Shown here: piece after piece, positions 26,855 through 35,433 of the stretch | Layout: the number at the start of each line of letters is the position of its first letter | How positions within the stretch are numbered: the stretch's first letter is position 1 | DNA from: Acidimicrobiia bacterium | GTDB lineage: Bacteria; Actinomycetota; Acidimicrobiia; Acidimicrobiales; SHLQ01 | Assembly: GCA_033344795.1 (NCBI GenBank) | Contig: JAWPMS010000001.1 | Span: 2,147,645-2,211,644 of the forward strand | Reading direction: 5' to 3' | DNA: 64,000 nucleotides | The notes under the pieces: model-generated | The model's input: the letters and a program-made list of their open reading frames with translations, nothing else | Databases searched by the model: none | What the model was told of the DNA's origin: nothing | Program-made: the position numbers and the translations under genes

Positions 26855-28540
26855 ATGGATGCGGAGAGTCGACGCCTCGAACGCAGCGGTGCCGCTGTCG
26901 TGCGCGCACTGGGTCGGTCTCCTCGCGCCGAGTATCGAGCTCGGGTCCTCGAGGTGGACGACCGTCCAGTCGCCGTGTCCACTCCGTACCTCACGGATGA
27001 CCAAGCGGGCGAGTCGCCGGCGCGCGGAATCTACGATGCCCTTGGTGCCCGGCTTCGCTACAGCGAACGAGCGCTGCATGAATCCCTGCAACCTGATGAC
27101 ATCGTTGCTCGGGTCGTGTTCGACATGGTCGAACAGCTGCGCTGCGAGTCGCAGATTCCGGACGAACTCGTCGGGGCGCGAGAGAACATCGAGGTGGCGT
27201 TTCGTCGCTGGTGCGCCGGCCAGGAACTCACTCGGACTGCCATCGGATTGTTGCTCTTCACCGTGCTGCAGATGGCGCGGGCACGCCTCATCCGCCCCAT
27301 TCACGACGAGTTGATCGAGGATCAGATCGAAGCGACGAGAGCGAACATCTCACCGATCATCGGGGTCGCTCTGAAAGGACTCAAGGAGCACCGGACCGAT
27401 CAGCGCCAGTTCGCTGTGCCGGCGCTCTCGCTGGCGAACGCCATTGCCGAGATGGTGTCAAGCGAGACAGAGCTGGACCCCGGCGACACCGAGGCCAGCA
27501 TCGGTGCGCTCTTCATCCCGCCGGAGTGGGGTGCGGATGATCCGAAGGAGGGCGATGCGGCTATCGGAGCTACAGCGAGATCGGCCGACCGAGCAGACGC
27601 GGCTTCATTGGATCGGGTTGGTGGGTACCACGTGTTCACTCGTGAGTACGACCAAGAGCTTCGCGCGGAGTCGCTCTACCCTCGTGACGCGCGCCGCGAA
27701 CTTCGTGCATCCCTCGACGACCAGATTGCCGCACAATCGGTGAGTCCGTTCACGCTCGCTCGACGATTGCAACGGCTCTTTCTCGGGTTTGAGCGCGATG
27801 GGTGGCGATCGGGCGAGGAGCACGGCCTTCTCGATGCCGCCCGCCTGGGTCAGATCGTCGCCAACCCGGCCAACCGGACCGTCTTTCGACAGGAACGCTT
27901 TCGCCCCGTGGCTCCTGCGGTGGTCTCGTTTCTGATCGACAACAGCGGCTCGATGAAGCGGCAGCGACATGAGACGGTGACGGTACTCGTCGACACGCTC
28001 AGTCGGGCGCTCGATCTCGCCGGAGCCCGCAGCGAAATTCTCGGCTTCACAACGGCCAGCTGGAACGGCGGCGAAGCACTTCGTGAATGGCGTCGGGCGG
28101 GTGAACCCGATGCTCCAGGAAGGCTGGCCGAAACGAGTCATCTGATCTACAAGGACGCCGACACGTCGTGGAAGCGGAGCCGGCTCGCCGTGGCGTCGAT
28201 GATGAAGACGCACCACTTTCGCGAAGGCATCGACGGCGAGGCGATCGTGTGGGCCTACCGACGCCTGCTCGGCCGTCCTGAGCCGCGCAAACTTCTCGTG
28301 GTCATCAGTGATGGCGCCCCGATGGAAGCAGCGACGATGAACGCCAACGGCGAGTCGTTCCTCGAGGCACACCTTCGTAGCGTGGTGCACTCCATCGAGC
28401 GGGAGGGTGAGGTCGAGATCGGGGCGGTGAGCATCGACCAGCCGGTGGACTCGCTGTTCGGTCGATCGGTCGAGATGGATCTGTCCGGCACCCTCACGCT
28501 TGGCGAATATGGCCTGCTGGAGCGCCTCTTCCGCCGATAA
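26855..28540 (+). CDS. cobT: cobaltochelatase subunit CobT (VWA-domain protein)
   Basis: ORF 26741..28540. ATG 26855 chosen because it lies downstream of the cobS stop. C-terminal VWA/MIDAS segment VSFLIDNSGSM. Confidence 0.7.
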   Translation: MDAESRRLERSGAAVVRALGRSPRAEYRARVLEVDDRPVAVSTPYLTDDQAGESPARGIYDALGARLRYSERALHESLQPDDIVARVVFDMVEQLRCESQIPDELVGARENIEVAFRRWCAGQELTRTAIGLLLFTVLQMARARLIRPIHDELIEDQIEATRANISPIIGVALKGLKEHRTDQRQFAVPALSLANAIAEMVSSETELDPGDTEASIGALFIPPEWGADDPKEGDAAIGATARSADRADAASLDRVGGYHVFTREYDQELRAESLYPRDARRELRASLDDQIAAQSVSPFTLARRLQRLFLGFERDGWRSGEEHGLLDAARLGQIVANPANRTVFRQERFRPVAPAVVSFLIDNSGSMKRQRHETVTVLVDTLSRALDLAGARSEILGFTTASWNGGEALREWRRAGEPDAPGRLAETSHLIYKDADTSWKRSRLAVASMMKTHHFREGIDGEAIVWAYRRLLGRPEPRKLLVVISDGAPMEAATMNANGESFLEAHLRSVVHSIEREGEVEIGAVSIDQPVDSLFGRSVEMDLSGTLTLGEYGLLERLFRR

Positions 28541-28658
28541 GCACGGTCAGCTGCCCGGACACCCAAAGTCCATGTGATTGGTTGTACGGACCAAAAACTC
28601 GCGTGCTCTTCACGTTGGTCGGTGCTACGCCACGGCAGAGCTTCCTACGGTGCTCGGC

Positions 28659-29345
28659 GTGACCAAGAGTGCATTTCCAGTAGCGAGGCCGTATCCGGTC
28701 AATCTCCGACTTGCCGGCAAACCGGTCCTTGTCGTCGGCGCGGGGAATGTCGCCGTGCGCAAGGTGGGGCAGCTCCTCGCATCGGGCGCCGCCGTCACGG
28801 TCGTCGGTTTGCAGGTGGATCCCCGACTCTTCGGTCTCGCAGCTGAATCCCGTGGCCCGGGATCGGGTTCGGTGAGTATCGAACAGCGGGCCTACGAGGT
28901 GGGCGAGGTTGCCGCTTACATGCTCGCGATCACCTGCACCGACGACGGAGCCGTAAACAGTCGAGTGCACGATGACGGACTCGTGGCGGGTGTGTGGGTC
29001 AACTCCGCTGACGATCCGACGAACTGTGAATTCACGTTGCCGTCTGTTGTACGAACTGGTGATCTGCAGATTGCGATTTCGACAGAGGGGCGCTCACCAG
29101 CCCTTGCCATGTGGTTGCGACAGCGTTTCGAGCACGAGTTCGGCGGTGAGTGGGGAGAACTGCTCGATGTGCTGTCCGACGTCCGAGATGAGGCAAGACG
29201 CGAATTGGGAACCTCTGAGTTGGCCGGGTGGATCGGTGCCCTCGATTCGGTCATTCCCCGTTGGCTCGAGCGGGCGAATCCCGACGAGGCCCGTGAAACA
29301 CTTCGTCACCACCTTGGGCTGAAAGATCTGGAGCAGGTTCGATGA
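28659..29345 (+). CDS. precorrin-2 dehydrogenase / sirohydrochlorin ferrochelatase (SirC/CysG N-terminal-like)
   Basis: ORF 28578..29345. Rossmann motif LAGKPVLVVGAGNVAVRKV. Start uncertain: TTG 28578 or GTG 28659. Confidence 0.7.
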   Translation: MTKSAFPVARPYPVNLRLAGKPVLVVGAGNVAVRKVGQLLASGAAVTVVGLQVDPRLFGLAAESRGPGSGSVSIEQRAYEVGEVAAYMLAITCTDDGAVNSRVHDDGLVAGVWVNSADDPTNCEFTLPSVVRTGDLQIAISTEGRSPALAMWLRQRFEHEFGGEWGELLDVLSDVRDEARRELGTSELAGWIGALDSVIPRWLERANPDEARETLRHHLGLKDLEQVR

Positions 29346-30130
29346 CCGTTCACCTCGTTGGCGCTGGACCGGGCGATCCCGAACTGTTGACGATCCGCGC
29401 GGCTCGTTTGCTTGGTTCCGCGGACGTGGTTGTTCACGACAGACTCATCGGCGACGGAATCATGGAGATGATCGCTCCCTGGGCCGAACGAATCGACGTG
29501 GGCAAAGACCCGAATGGACACTCGGTGCCACAGTCTGTGATCAACGAGCTTCTCGTCGGCTACGGACGTAGCGACCTTCTCGTGGTGCGGCTCAAGGGAG
29601 GCGATCCATTCGTCTTCGGGCGCGGCGGCGAGGAAGCAATCGCGCTCGCTGCGGCCGGTATCGCCTGCGAGGTTGTTCCTGGGATCACCTCTGCGCTCGC
29701 CGGTCCGGCAGCCGCCGGGATACCGGTGACACATCGAGGGCTCTCGAGTGGTTTCACCGTCATCACCGGTCACCAGAATCCAGACAATCCGCAGCGCCTC
29801 GATTGGGATGCGGTGGCCAGACTTGGAACGACGCTCGTGGTGCTCATGGGCGCAGCTCGGGCGTCGCAGATCCGCGCTCGCCTGCTCGAGGGCGGGGCTC
29901 CTCCGGATACGCCGGTCGCCATCGTGACCCGGGCGACCTGGCCGGATCAATCGACGGGGCGATGTGTGTTGAGCGACCTCGGAAACGCGGCCGTGGAAAA
30001 CCCATCGATCATCGTGATCGGGCCAGCCGCGGCCCTCGAGCTGACCTCGCTCGCCACCACGGTGGCAAACCTCGAACAAACCGACCGTTCTCCCGTACTT
30101 GTATCTGAAGGAGCAAAACCATGGCAGTGA
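29342..30130 (+). CDS. cobA: uroporphyrinogen-III C-methyltransferase (SUMT)
   Basis: 262-aa ORF. VHLVGAGPGDPELLTIRAARLL…VVRLKGGDPFVFGRGGEE. ATGA overlap with the upstream gene. Confidence 0.85.
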   Translation: MTVHLVGAGPGDPELLTIRAARLLGSADVVVHDRLIGDGIMEMIAPWAERIDVGKDPNGHSVPQSVINELLVGYGRSDLLVVRLKGGDPFVFGRGGEEAIALAAAGIACEVVPGITSALAGPAAAGIPVTHRGLSSGFTVITGHQNPDNPQRLDWDAVARLGTTLVVLMGAARASQIRARLLEGGAPPDTPVAIVTRATWPDQSTGRCVLSDLGNAAVENPSIIVIGPAAALELTSLATTVANLEQTDRSPVLVSEGAKPWQ

Positions 30131-31926
30131 TCAACCCGCCGACCACGACCATCGATCTACGTCCTCGCCCGGTGACCGACCCCGACATCTTGGGTGACAT
30201 CGCGAAGTTCGACGAGATGCTCGCCAAGTACTTGGCAGGCGATGTCGATGAGGACGTCTTCCGAGTCTTTCGGCTGACCAATGGCATCTACGGTCAGCGG
30301 CAAGGTGGTCGAAACCAAATGATCCGGGTGCGTATGCCGTACGGCTCGATCACCGCCGACCAACTGGACATGCTTGGATTCGTCGCGCAGCACTACTCGC
30401 GACAGTGGGGCCACATCACGACCCGCCAGAACATCCAGATGCACTTCGTCCAGTTGGAAAAGATTCCCGAAGTGCTCCGACACCTGGGTTCTGTTGGACT
30501 TACAACCCGGGAGGCGTGTGGTGACACCATTCGCAACGTCCAAGGGTGTCACCTGGCGGGCGCGTGCCCGTATGAAGTCCTCGATGTGAGCGCATGGGCC
30601 GAGGCAGCGAACGATCACTTCATTCGCAACCCCCTCGGTCAGCGCTTGCCGCGCAAATTCAAGATCAACTTCTCCGGCTGCGAGACGGACTGCGGGCAGG
30701 CGATGTTCAACGATGCTGGGGTCATCGCGGTCACTCGCACCCGCCCTGATGGAACGATCGAAGCAGGATTTCGAGTCTTCGTTGCAGGCGGGCTCGGAGC
30801 AAACCCGCACGCTGCCTTGGCCGTCGAAGAGTTCACGACAAAAGAAGATCTGCTCCCGACGGTCGAAGCAATCTTGCGGGTGTTCGAACAAACGGGCAAC
30901 AGGAAGAACAAGCTGCGGGCCCGGATGAAGTGGGTTGTCGACGAGCTGGGCTGGGAGGAGACCCAACAACGCATTCTCGACAGCCGACGCCTGTTGGTCG
31001 CCTCGTCGAGTTGGCCTGGAGGGATTCCCATGGCCGTACAAGAGTCGGGCGACGCGCCCGCTGGCCGTGGGGTTGGCGAAAGTACCGCCATCGGACAGGG
31101 CATCAACGTGTCGTTCGGGGCCCGAACGGGGTTCGATCGGTGGGAAGCGGCGAACGTCGTGCGCGGCGCAGCGAACGGCACCGTCTCCGCATATGCGTGG
31201 TGCAGGCTCGGCGACATCACCGTCGAGCAGTTCCACGGCATGGCCGCAATCGTGCGTGACTTCGATGTTGAGGTGCGAGCGACGAATCGGCAGAACTTCA
31301 TTCTTCGAGGCCTGCGAGATGATCAGCTCGCCGCGCTGTACAAGCGCCTGACCGAGCTGGACATGGCACAGCCCGGGGCTGAGCTGGTGCGAGATGTCGT
31401 GTCGTGCCCCGGAGCCGACACCTGTGGGCTCGCAGTCACACAATCTCGTGGCTTGGCCTCGGCAATCGGCGATGAGTTGGAAGCCCATGGTCTGGCGGAG
31501 GTCTCTGGCGTCCGGATCAACATCAGTGGATGTACAAATTCGTGTGGGCACCACCACACCGCCGACATTGGATTCTTCGGTGTGGAACGACGAGCGCACG
31601 GCCAGTCGGCCCCCGGTTATCAAATGTTGCTCGGAGGCCATGTCGGTCAGGAACAGATCGCGTTTGGGGAGAAGGCGCTTCGTGTACCTGCAAAGGCTGC
31701 GCCGGAGGCGGCCATCCGTGTGCTCCGCCGCTACGTGGAGGAGCGATCGGTGAGCGAGCGCTTCAGCGATTGGATGAATCGAGTAGGTGGGGCATCCGCG
31801 ATAGCCGACGACCTGCGCGATCTCGGGGCCTTTCCTGAACCGCTCGACCGCCCTGACTTCTACATCGACTACGGCGAGACAAGTCCGTACATAAAGGAAG
31901 TTGGAGCCTCCGAATGCGCCACATGA
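30121..31926 (+). CDS. ferredoxin-type sulfite (nitrite/sulfite) reductase hemoprotein
   Basis: 601-aa ORF with duplicated NiR/SiR modules. Cys cluster SCPGADTCGLA…SGCTNSCGHHH for siroheme-[4Fe-4S]. Overlaps the cobA end by 10 nt. Confidence 0.8.
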   Translation: MAVINPPTTTIDLRPRPVTDPDILGDIAKFDEMLAKYLAGDVDEDVFRVFRLTNGIYGQRQGGRNQMIRVRMPYGSITADQLDMLGFVAQHYSRQWGHITTRQNIQMHFVQLEKIPEVLRHLGSVGLTTREACGDTIRNVQGCHLAGACPYEVLDVSAWAEAANDHFIRNPLGQRLPRKFKINFSGCETDCGQAMFNDAGVIAVTRTRPDGTIEAGFRVFVAGGLGANPHAALAVEEFTTKEDLLPTVEAILRVFEQTGNRKNKLRARMKWVVDELGWEETQQRILDSRRLLVASSSWPGGIPMAVQESGDAPAGRGVGESTAIGQGINVSFGARTGFDRWEAANVVRGAANGTVSAYAWCRLGDITVEQFHGMAAIVRDFDVEVRATNRQNFILRGLRDDQLAALYKRLTELDMAQPGAELVRDVVSCPGADTCGLAVTQSRGLASAIGDELEAHGLAEVSGVRINISGCTNSCGHHHTADIGFFGVERRAHGQSAPGYQMLLGGHVGQEQIAFGEKALRVPAKAAPEAAIRVLRRYVEERSVSERFSDWMNRVGGASAIADDLRDLGAFPEPLDRPDFYIDYGETSPYIKEVGASECAT

Positions 31927-31965
31927 GTTGGCCATACAAATCAAACACTTTGTAAGGTTGTAGCT

Positions 31966-32724
31966 GTGACATTGCAGCTTGACCGAAGTAGCCCCATGCC
32001 CCTCTGGGCGCAGCTCGAAGCCGAGCTTCGCCGACGCCTCGACGCAGGTGAATTCGACGACGGGTTCCCGACCGACGCGCAATTGGTCAATCGATACGAG
32101 GTCAGTCGCCACACGGTGCGTGAGGCGATTCGGCAACTCAACAAGACGGGGGTGCTACGACGCGAGCGGGGCCGCGGGACGGTCGTCAATCGAGCGGAGT
32201 TCGAGCAACCGCTCGGCGGTTTGTACAGCCTCTTCAAGTCGATCGAATCGGCAGGTGTCGTGCAGACCAGCACCGTGCTCGAAGTGGGTGCGGTGCAAAA
32301 TGCGGAAGCAGCAATGCATCTCGGGCTCCACGAAGAGGTCGAATTGTTCTTTCTCGAACGGATTCGGTTCGCGGGTGATCTGCCGTTGGCCGTCGATCGG
32401 GCGTGGCTTCCCTTGAGCTTGGCGGCGCCGCTGCTCGACGCCGACTTCTCGCACACGGCGCTCTACGACGAACTCGAACGATCGTGCGGGATTCGTCCGA
32501 ACCGAGGTTGGGAACGCCTGATGCCCGTTCTGCCAAGCTTCGCTGATCGGGATCGCCTTGGACTGAAACGCAATGACGCAGCCTTCTTCCTGGAAAGGCT
32601 TGGTCAGCACAACAATGAGACGATCGAGTGGCGAACGACGACGATCCGGGGAGACCGCTACCGCTTCGTCGCGGACTGGTCGTCGAACGACGGTGGAGGT
32701 CTCCAACTCCACGCGCAGGTCTGA
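31966..32724 (+). CDS. GntR-family (HutC/UTRA subfamily) transcriptional regulator
   Basis: 252-aa ORF. wHTH FPTDAQLVNRYEVSRHTVREAIRQLNKTGVLRRERGRGTVV. An alternative ATG start lies at 31996. Confidence 0.8.
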   Translation: MTLQLDRSSPMPLWAQLEAELRRRLDAGEFDDGFPTDAQLVNRYEVSRHTVREAIRQLNKTGVLRRERGRGTVVNRAEFEQPLGGLYSLFKSIESAGVVQTSTVLEVGAVQNAEAAMHLGLHEEVELFFLERIRFAGDLPLAVDRAWLPLSLAAPLLDADFSHTALYDELERSCGIRPNRGWERLMPVLPSFADRDRLGLKRNDAAFFLERLGQHNNETIEWRTTTIRGDRYRFVADWSSNDGGGLQLHAQV

Positions 32725-32835
32725 GGGTTATCCACAGAACTCGTTGCCAACAGGGACCTGTTGAGGCTTGGTGCCAGAGGTCACCAGTTGGCCGCGTGGG
32801 ATTCTCGTGAATCCGCCTTAACATTTCGCCCCGAT

Positions 32836-33513
32836 ATGAAAAGTTACAATTCTGTTACGTCCCAGCGTCGTTCCGTCGTACTTGCGATCCTCGCCGCAAC
32901 TGCGCTGGTGACCATCTTCGGCATGTCCATCAGTGGAGCCCAAGATCTCGAGCCAGAGGTCATCGAGGTCGTCGAAGCTCCTCCGGTAGTCGAAGAGCCG
33001 GCGGTCGTCGAAGCAGCTGCGCCGCCGGCCCCAGAAGTGGCAGAACTCATCCTCCAGCTGGAGGAGCGCGATGCGCGTATCGCGGTACTGCACGAACAGC
33101 TGATCTTCCTTCAGCAGGCAGCACTTTCGAGCGAATTGCAGGCTGACGCCGAACGTGACACCTTCCTCGAAGAACAACAGGATCTGCGTGTGACCGAGCA
33201 GTTCCAGGAGCAGGCGATGGCAGAGTGGCGGATGGGTTACTCGCTCGCTGGCGGCAAAAACCTACGGTCCTTCGAAACGATCATTCTCCCGTGCGAATCG
33301 GGTGGCGAAGCCGATCCGGACGCAGCCGTTGGCCCGACCGACGACTGGGGTCGAGCGCAGATCAATCGTCCGACATGGTCGGTTCGGTTCACCGAACTCA
33401 CCGGAGCGTCGTTCGAAGAAAACATCGGCACGCCGATTCTGAACGGCTACATGGCTGCTCATGTCGAAAGTGAACAAGGCCTCAGCGCCTGGACGTGCTG
33501 GCGCAAGCGGTAG
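32836..33513 (+). CDS. secreted protein with coiled-coil region and C-terminal Rpf/transglycosylase-like domain
   Basis: ORF 32761..33513. ATG 32836 gives a TM/signal segment VVLAILAATALVTIFG. C-terminus CESGGEADP…WGRAQINRPTW…LSAWTCW resembles the Rpf lysozyme-like fold. Confidence 0.55.
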   Translation: MKSYNSVTSQRRSVVLAILAATALVTIFGMSISGAQDLEPEVIEVVEAPPVVEEPAVVEAAAPPAPEVAELILQLEERDARIAVLHEQLIFLQQAALSSELQADAERDTFLEEQQDLRVTEQFQEQAMAEWRMGYSLAGGKNLRSFETIILPCESGGEADPDAAVGPTDDWGRAQINRPTWSVRFTELTGASFEENIGTPILNGYMAAHVESEQGLSAWTCWRKR

Positions 33514-33577
33514 CTTGCGCTCCGAGATCTCGTCCGGAACCGGCACACAGCTTTCCTCTCCAGCTTCGCAACGTCGA

Positions 33578-33787
33578 GGAAATCAGGCGCCGTTCCCAAC
33601 CAGATCTCTCAACCCGTATCGCTTGTGTGGGGATCTGTCACCGTCCCTCTCGATTCACGTCAACCCGTATCGCTTGTGTGTCGGAAATCAGGCGCCGTTC
33701 CCAACGAGATCTCTCAACCCGTATCGCTTGTGTGGGGATCTGTCATCGTCCCTCTCGATTCACGTCAACCCGTATCGCTTGTGTGTT
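33578..33787. repeat. nested direct repeat: 2 x 105-bp tandem units, each holding two copies of the 21-mer TCAACCCGTATCGCTTGTGTG
   Basis: 21-mer copies at 33609-33629, 33660-33680, 33714-33734 and 33765-33785 (spacing 51/54/51). Units start at 33578 and 33683 and differ by only a few substitutions. Confidence 0.9.
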
Positions 33788-34446
33788 CAGACGCCGAGCA
33801 TCGGCGGTAGGTCTCGGAGATCACTGAGGAGGTGTGATCCGGGCACTCGTTCTTTCAGGAGTTGCTCGTCTCGCTGGATGCCGTAGGCGTCGAGGCCCAG
33901 GGTCAACGCCAAGGTCACATCGTGTGTCGTGTCCCCGACGAAGGCGATTCGAACATCATTGAGAGATCGGCCATCGAAATGGTGTCGCAAGATTCGCTGC
34001 ACGTGCGCTGCGCCCTTTTCTCCGATGTTTGGGTCATCGGAGCCCAGCGCAATTGGTATAGAGCGAGCGAGCCCAGAGTCATGAAGCTTTTTCTCGACCG
34101 ACGCGCACGAGGATCCGCTGGAGATGCCAAGGGGGACTCGACTCGCGACGAGTTGCGCCACACAGTCATCGGCGTCTGCGAACGCCGCGAACGTCGAACC
34201 TTCAACGTGCTTCCAAAAATCTGTTTCGAGCGCGTCGAGCGTGCTGAGATCAGAAGTAGAGATCGCTTCGCTGAATTGTTGTCGGAGGGGCGCTCCCGCA
34301 GTGGCGTGGTACACGCGCTCAGCCTCGGCATAGGTGGTCGACGTCGCCTTCGAGATCTCGACGGCAGTGGCAAAGGCTGTGGCTTGTGTCCCCATGCTGT
34401 CGATGAGCGTGCCGTCGAGGTCGAAGATCACGAGGTCGGGCGTCAT
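33787..34446 (-). CDS. HAD-superfamily hydrolase (phosphoglycolate-phosphatase-like)
   Basis: 219-aa ORF. Motif I VIFDLDGTLIDS. ATGA overlap with the upstream LysR gene. Confidence 0.8.
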   Translation of the reverse strand: MTPDLVIFDLDGTLIDSMGTQATAFATAVEISKATSTTYAEAERVYHATAGAPLRQQFSEAISTSDLSTLDALETDFWKHVEGSTFAAFADADDCVAQLVASRVPLGISSGSSCASVEKKLHDSGLARSIPIALGSDDPNIGEKGAAHVQRILRHHFDGRSLNDVRIAFVGDTTHDVTLALTLGLDAYGIQRDEQLLKERVPGSHLLSDLRDLPPMLGV

Positions 34447-35357
34447 GTGTTGAGCTGTTGCGACACCAGATCGGCCAGGAGCGCAGCGGCCAGCTTCGGA
34501 AGAGGCTTCCCGCTCGGCCAGACCGCGCGCAGATCTCGGTTGATCTGCAGTCCTTGGACGTTGACCTCGATGAGCTGGCCATCCCGCAGCTCGCTGGCTA
34601 CCGCGAGCTGACTGATGACGGTGGGGGAGTTGCCGCCGAGAACTGCACTGCGAACCGCCGAGGTCGAACCGAGTTCGAACACCGAGACCGGGGGTCCGTG
34701 ACCGGCTTCGAGAAGCGCCTGCTCCAATGCTTCACGCGTGCCGGATCCCTTTTCGCGCATGACGAGGGGTGTCTCGGCGAGTTCGACCATGGTCACCGAC
34801 TCTTGTGCGGCCCATGGATGGTCGGGCCGTACAACGGTGACCAGTCGATCATGCGCGATGATCGCCTCCTGCATCGACGGAGTCTCCAAGGGCGTCTCGA
34901 TGAAACCGATGTCTGCCTCACCGCGCTCGAGCTCGGCGAGCACGTGTGTCGAATTAGCCACATCGAGCGCGACCGTGTCCCGCGGGTGTTCCCGGACGAA
35001 GCGGCCCAGCCAACCCGGGAGCAGGTACTCCGCAATGGTGTAGCTCGCCGAGATTCGAAGCCGGCCAACTTGCTCCGCCTTGAGCGCCTCGAGGCCGGCC
35101 TCGAGATCGTGCGCCGCACGCAGAATTGCATCGGTCCAGCCCGAGACGACGATTCCCTCTGATGTTGGCGAGGACCCAGTGGGAGACCTCTCGAGCAATG
35201 TCACGCCGAGTTGGCGTTCGAGATTGCGAATTCGGCTACTCGCCGACGGCTGCGCGATGCCATGGATCTTCGCGGCGCGACCGAGGCTTCCGAGCTCGAC
35301 GACCGACGCATACAAGTCGAGTGCGGTGAGATCGGGAAAGCTTGCGGAGAGTGGCAT
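34443..35357 (-). CDS. LysR-family transcriptional regulator
   Basis: 304-aa ORF. HTH LDLYASVVELGSLGRAAKIHGIAQPSASSRIRNLERQLGV. Confidence 0.85.
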   Translation of the reverse strand: MPLSASFPDLTALDLYASVVELGSLGRAAKIHGIAQPSASSRIRNLERQLGVTLLERSPTGSSPTSEGIVVSGWTDAILRAAHDLEAGLEALKAEQVGRLRISASYTIAEYLLPGWLGRFVREHPRDTVALDVANSTHVLAELERGEADIGFIETPLETPSMQEAIIAHDRLVTVVRPDHPWAAQESVTMVELAETPLVMREKGSGTREALEQALLEAGHGPPVSVFELGSTSAVRSAVLGGNSPTVISQLAVASELRDGQLIEVNVQGLQINRDLRAVWPSGKPLPKLAAALLADLVSQQLNT

Positions 35358-35358
35358 G

Positions 35359-35377
35359 CCATAGATGATAGCTATGG
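35359..35377. promoter_or_regulatory. inverted repeat CCATAG-N7-CTATGG (LysR-box-like T-N11-A geometry) at the lysR / FeS-NrfD divergent junction
   Basis: Read from sequence immediately upstream of the lysR start codon. Confidence 0.4.
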
Positions 35378-35433
35378 GGCCATTGGTCAGAGGTGCCTTC
35401 TATGAGGTGTGCCCGATCACACATGATGTCAGA

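Noticed and set aside
25921-28540. CobS/CobT pair read as a novel MoxR-VWA system or phage-derived module.
   Set aside because: Both follow the canonical CobS and CobT patterns closely and sit next to tetrapyrrole genes. The ordinary cobaltochelatase reading is more economical, although cobN is not in the window.
30157-32136. Very long antisense ORFs. Examples: 30157..32136 minus (659 aa), 51808..53805 minus (665 aa), 38000..39691 minus (563 aa), 6937..7968 minus, 638..1723 minus, 3420..4283 minus, 14236..15426 minus.
   Set aside because: Each lies opposite a gene with clear family motifs. Their translations are Arg/Gly/Pro/Ala/Ser-rich with no recognisable motifs. This is the expected shadow-frame artefact of high-GC DNA.
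32640-32835. Possible ydaO/c-di-AMP riboswitch upstream of the Rpf-like gene.
   Set aside because: Only fragments resemble the consensus (GUGAAUCC, CCGGGGAGACC). Part of the region lies inside the GntR coding sequence. I could not build the pseudoknotted fold by eye.
33651-33664. parS-like sequence GATTCACGTCAACC inside the repeat array (second copy at 33756-33769).
   Set aside because: It has three mismatches to the GTTTCACGTGAAAC core and is not palindromic. That is not enough to call a ParB site.
33609-33785. CRISPR-like appearance: a 21-bp repeat x4 with spacers of about 30 bp.
   Set aside because: Spacers 1 and 3 are the same sequence apart from one base, so this is a tandem duplication. 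There are only four short repeats and no cas genes in the window.
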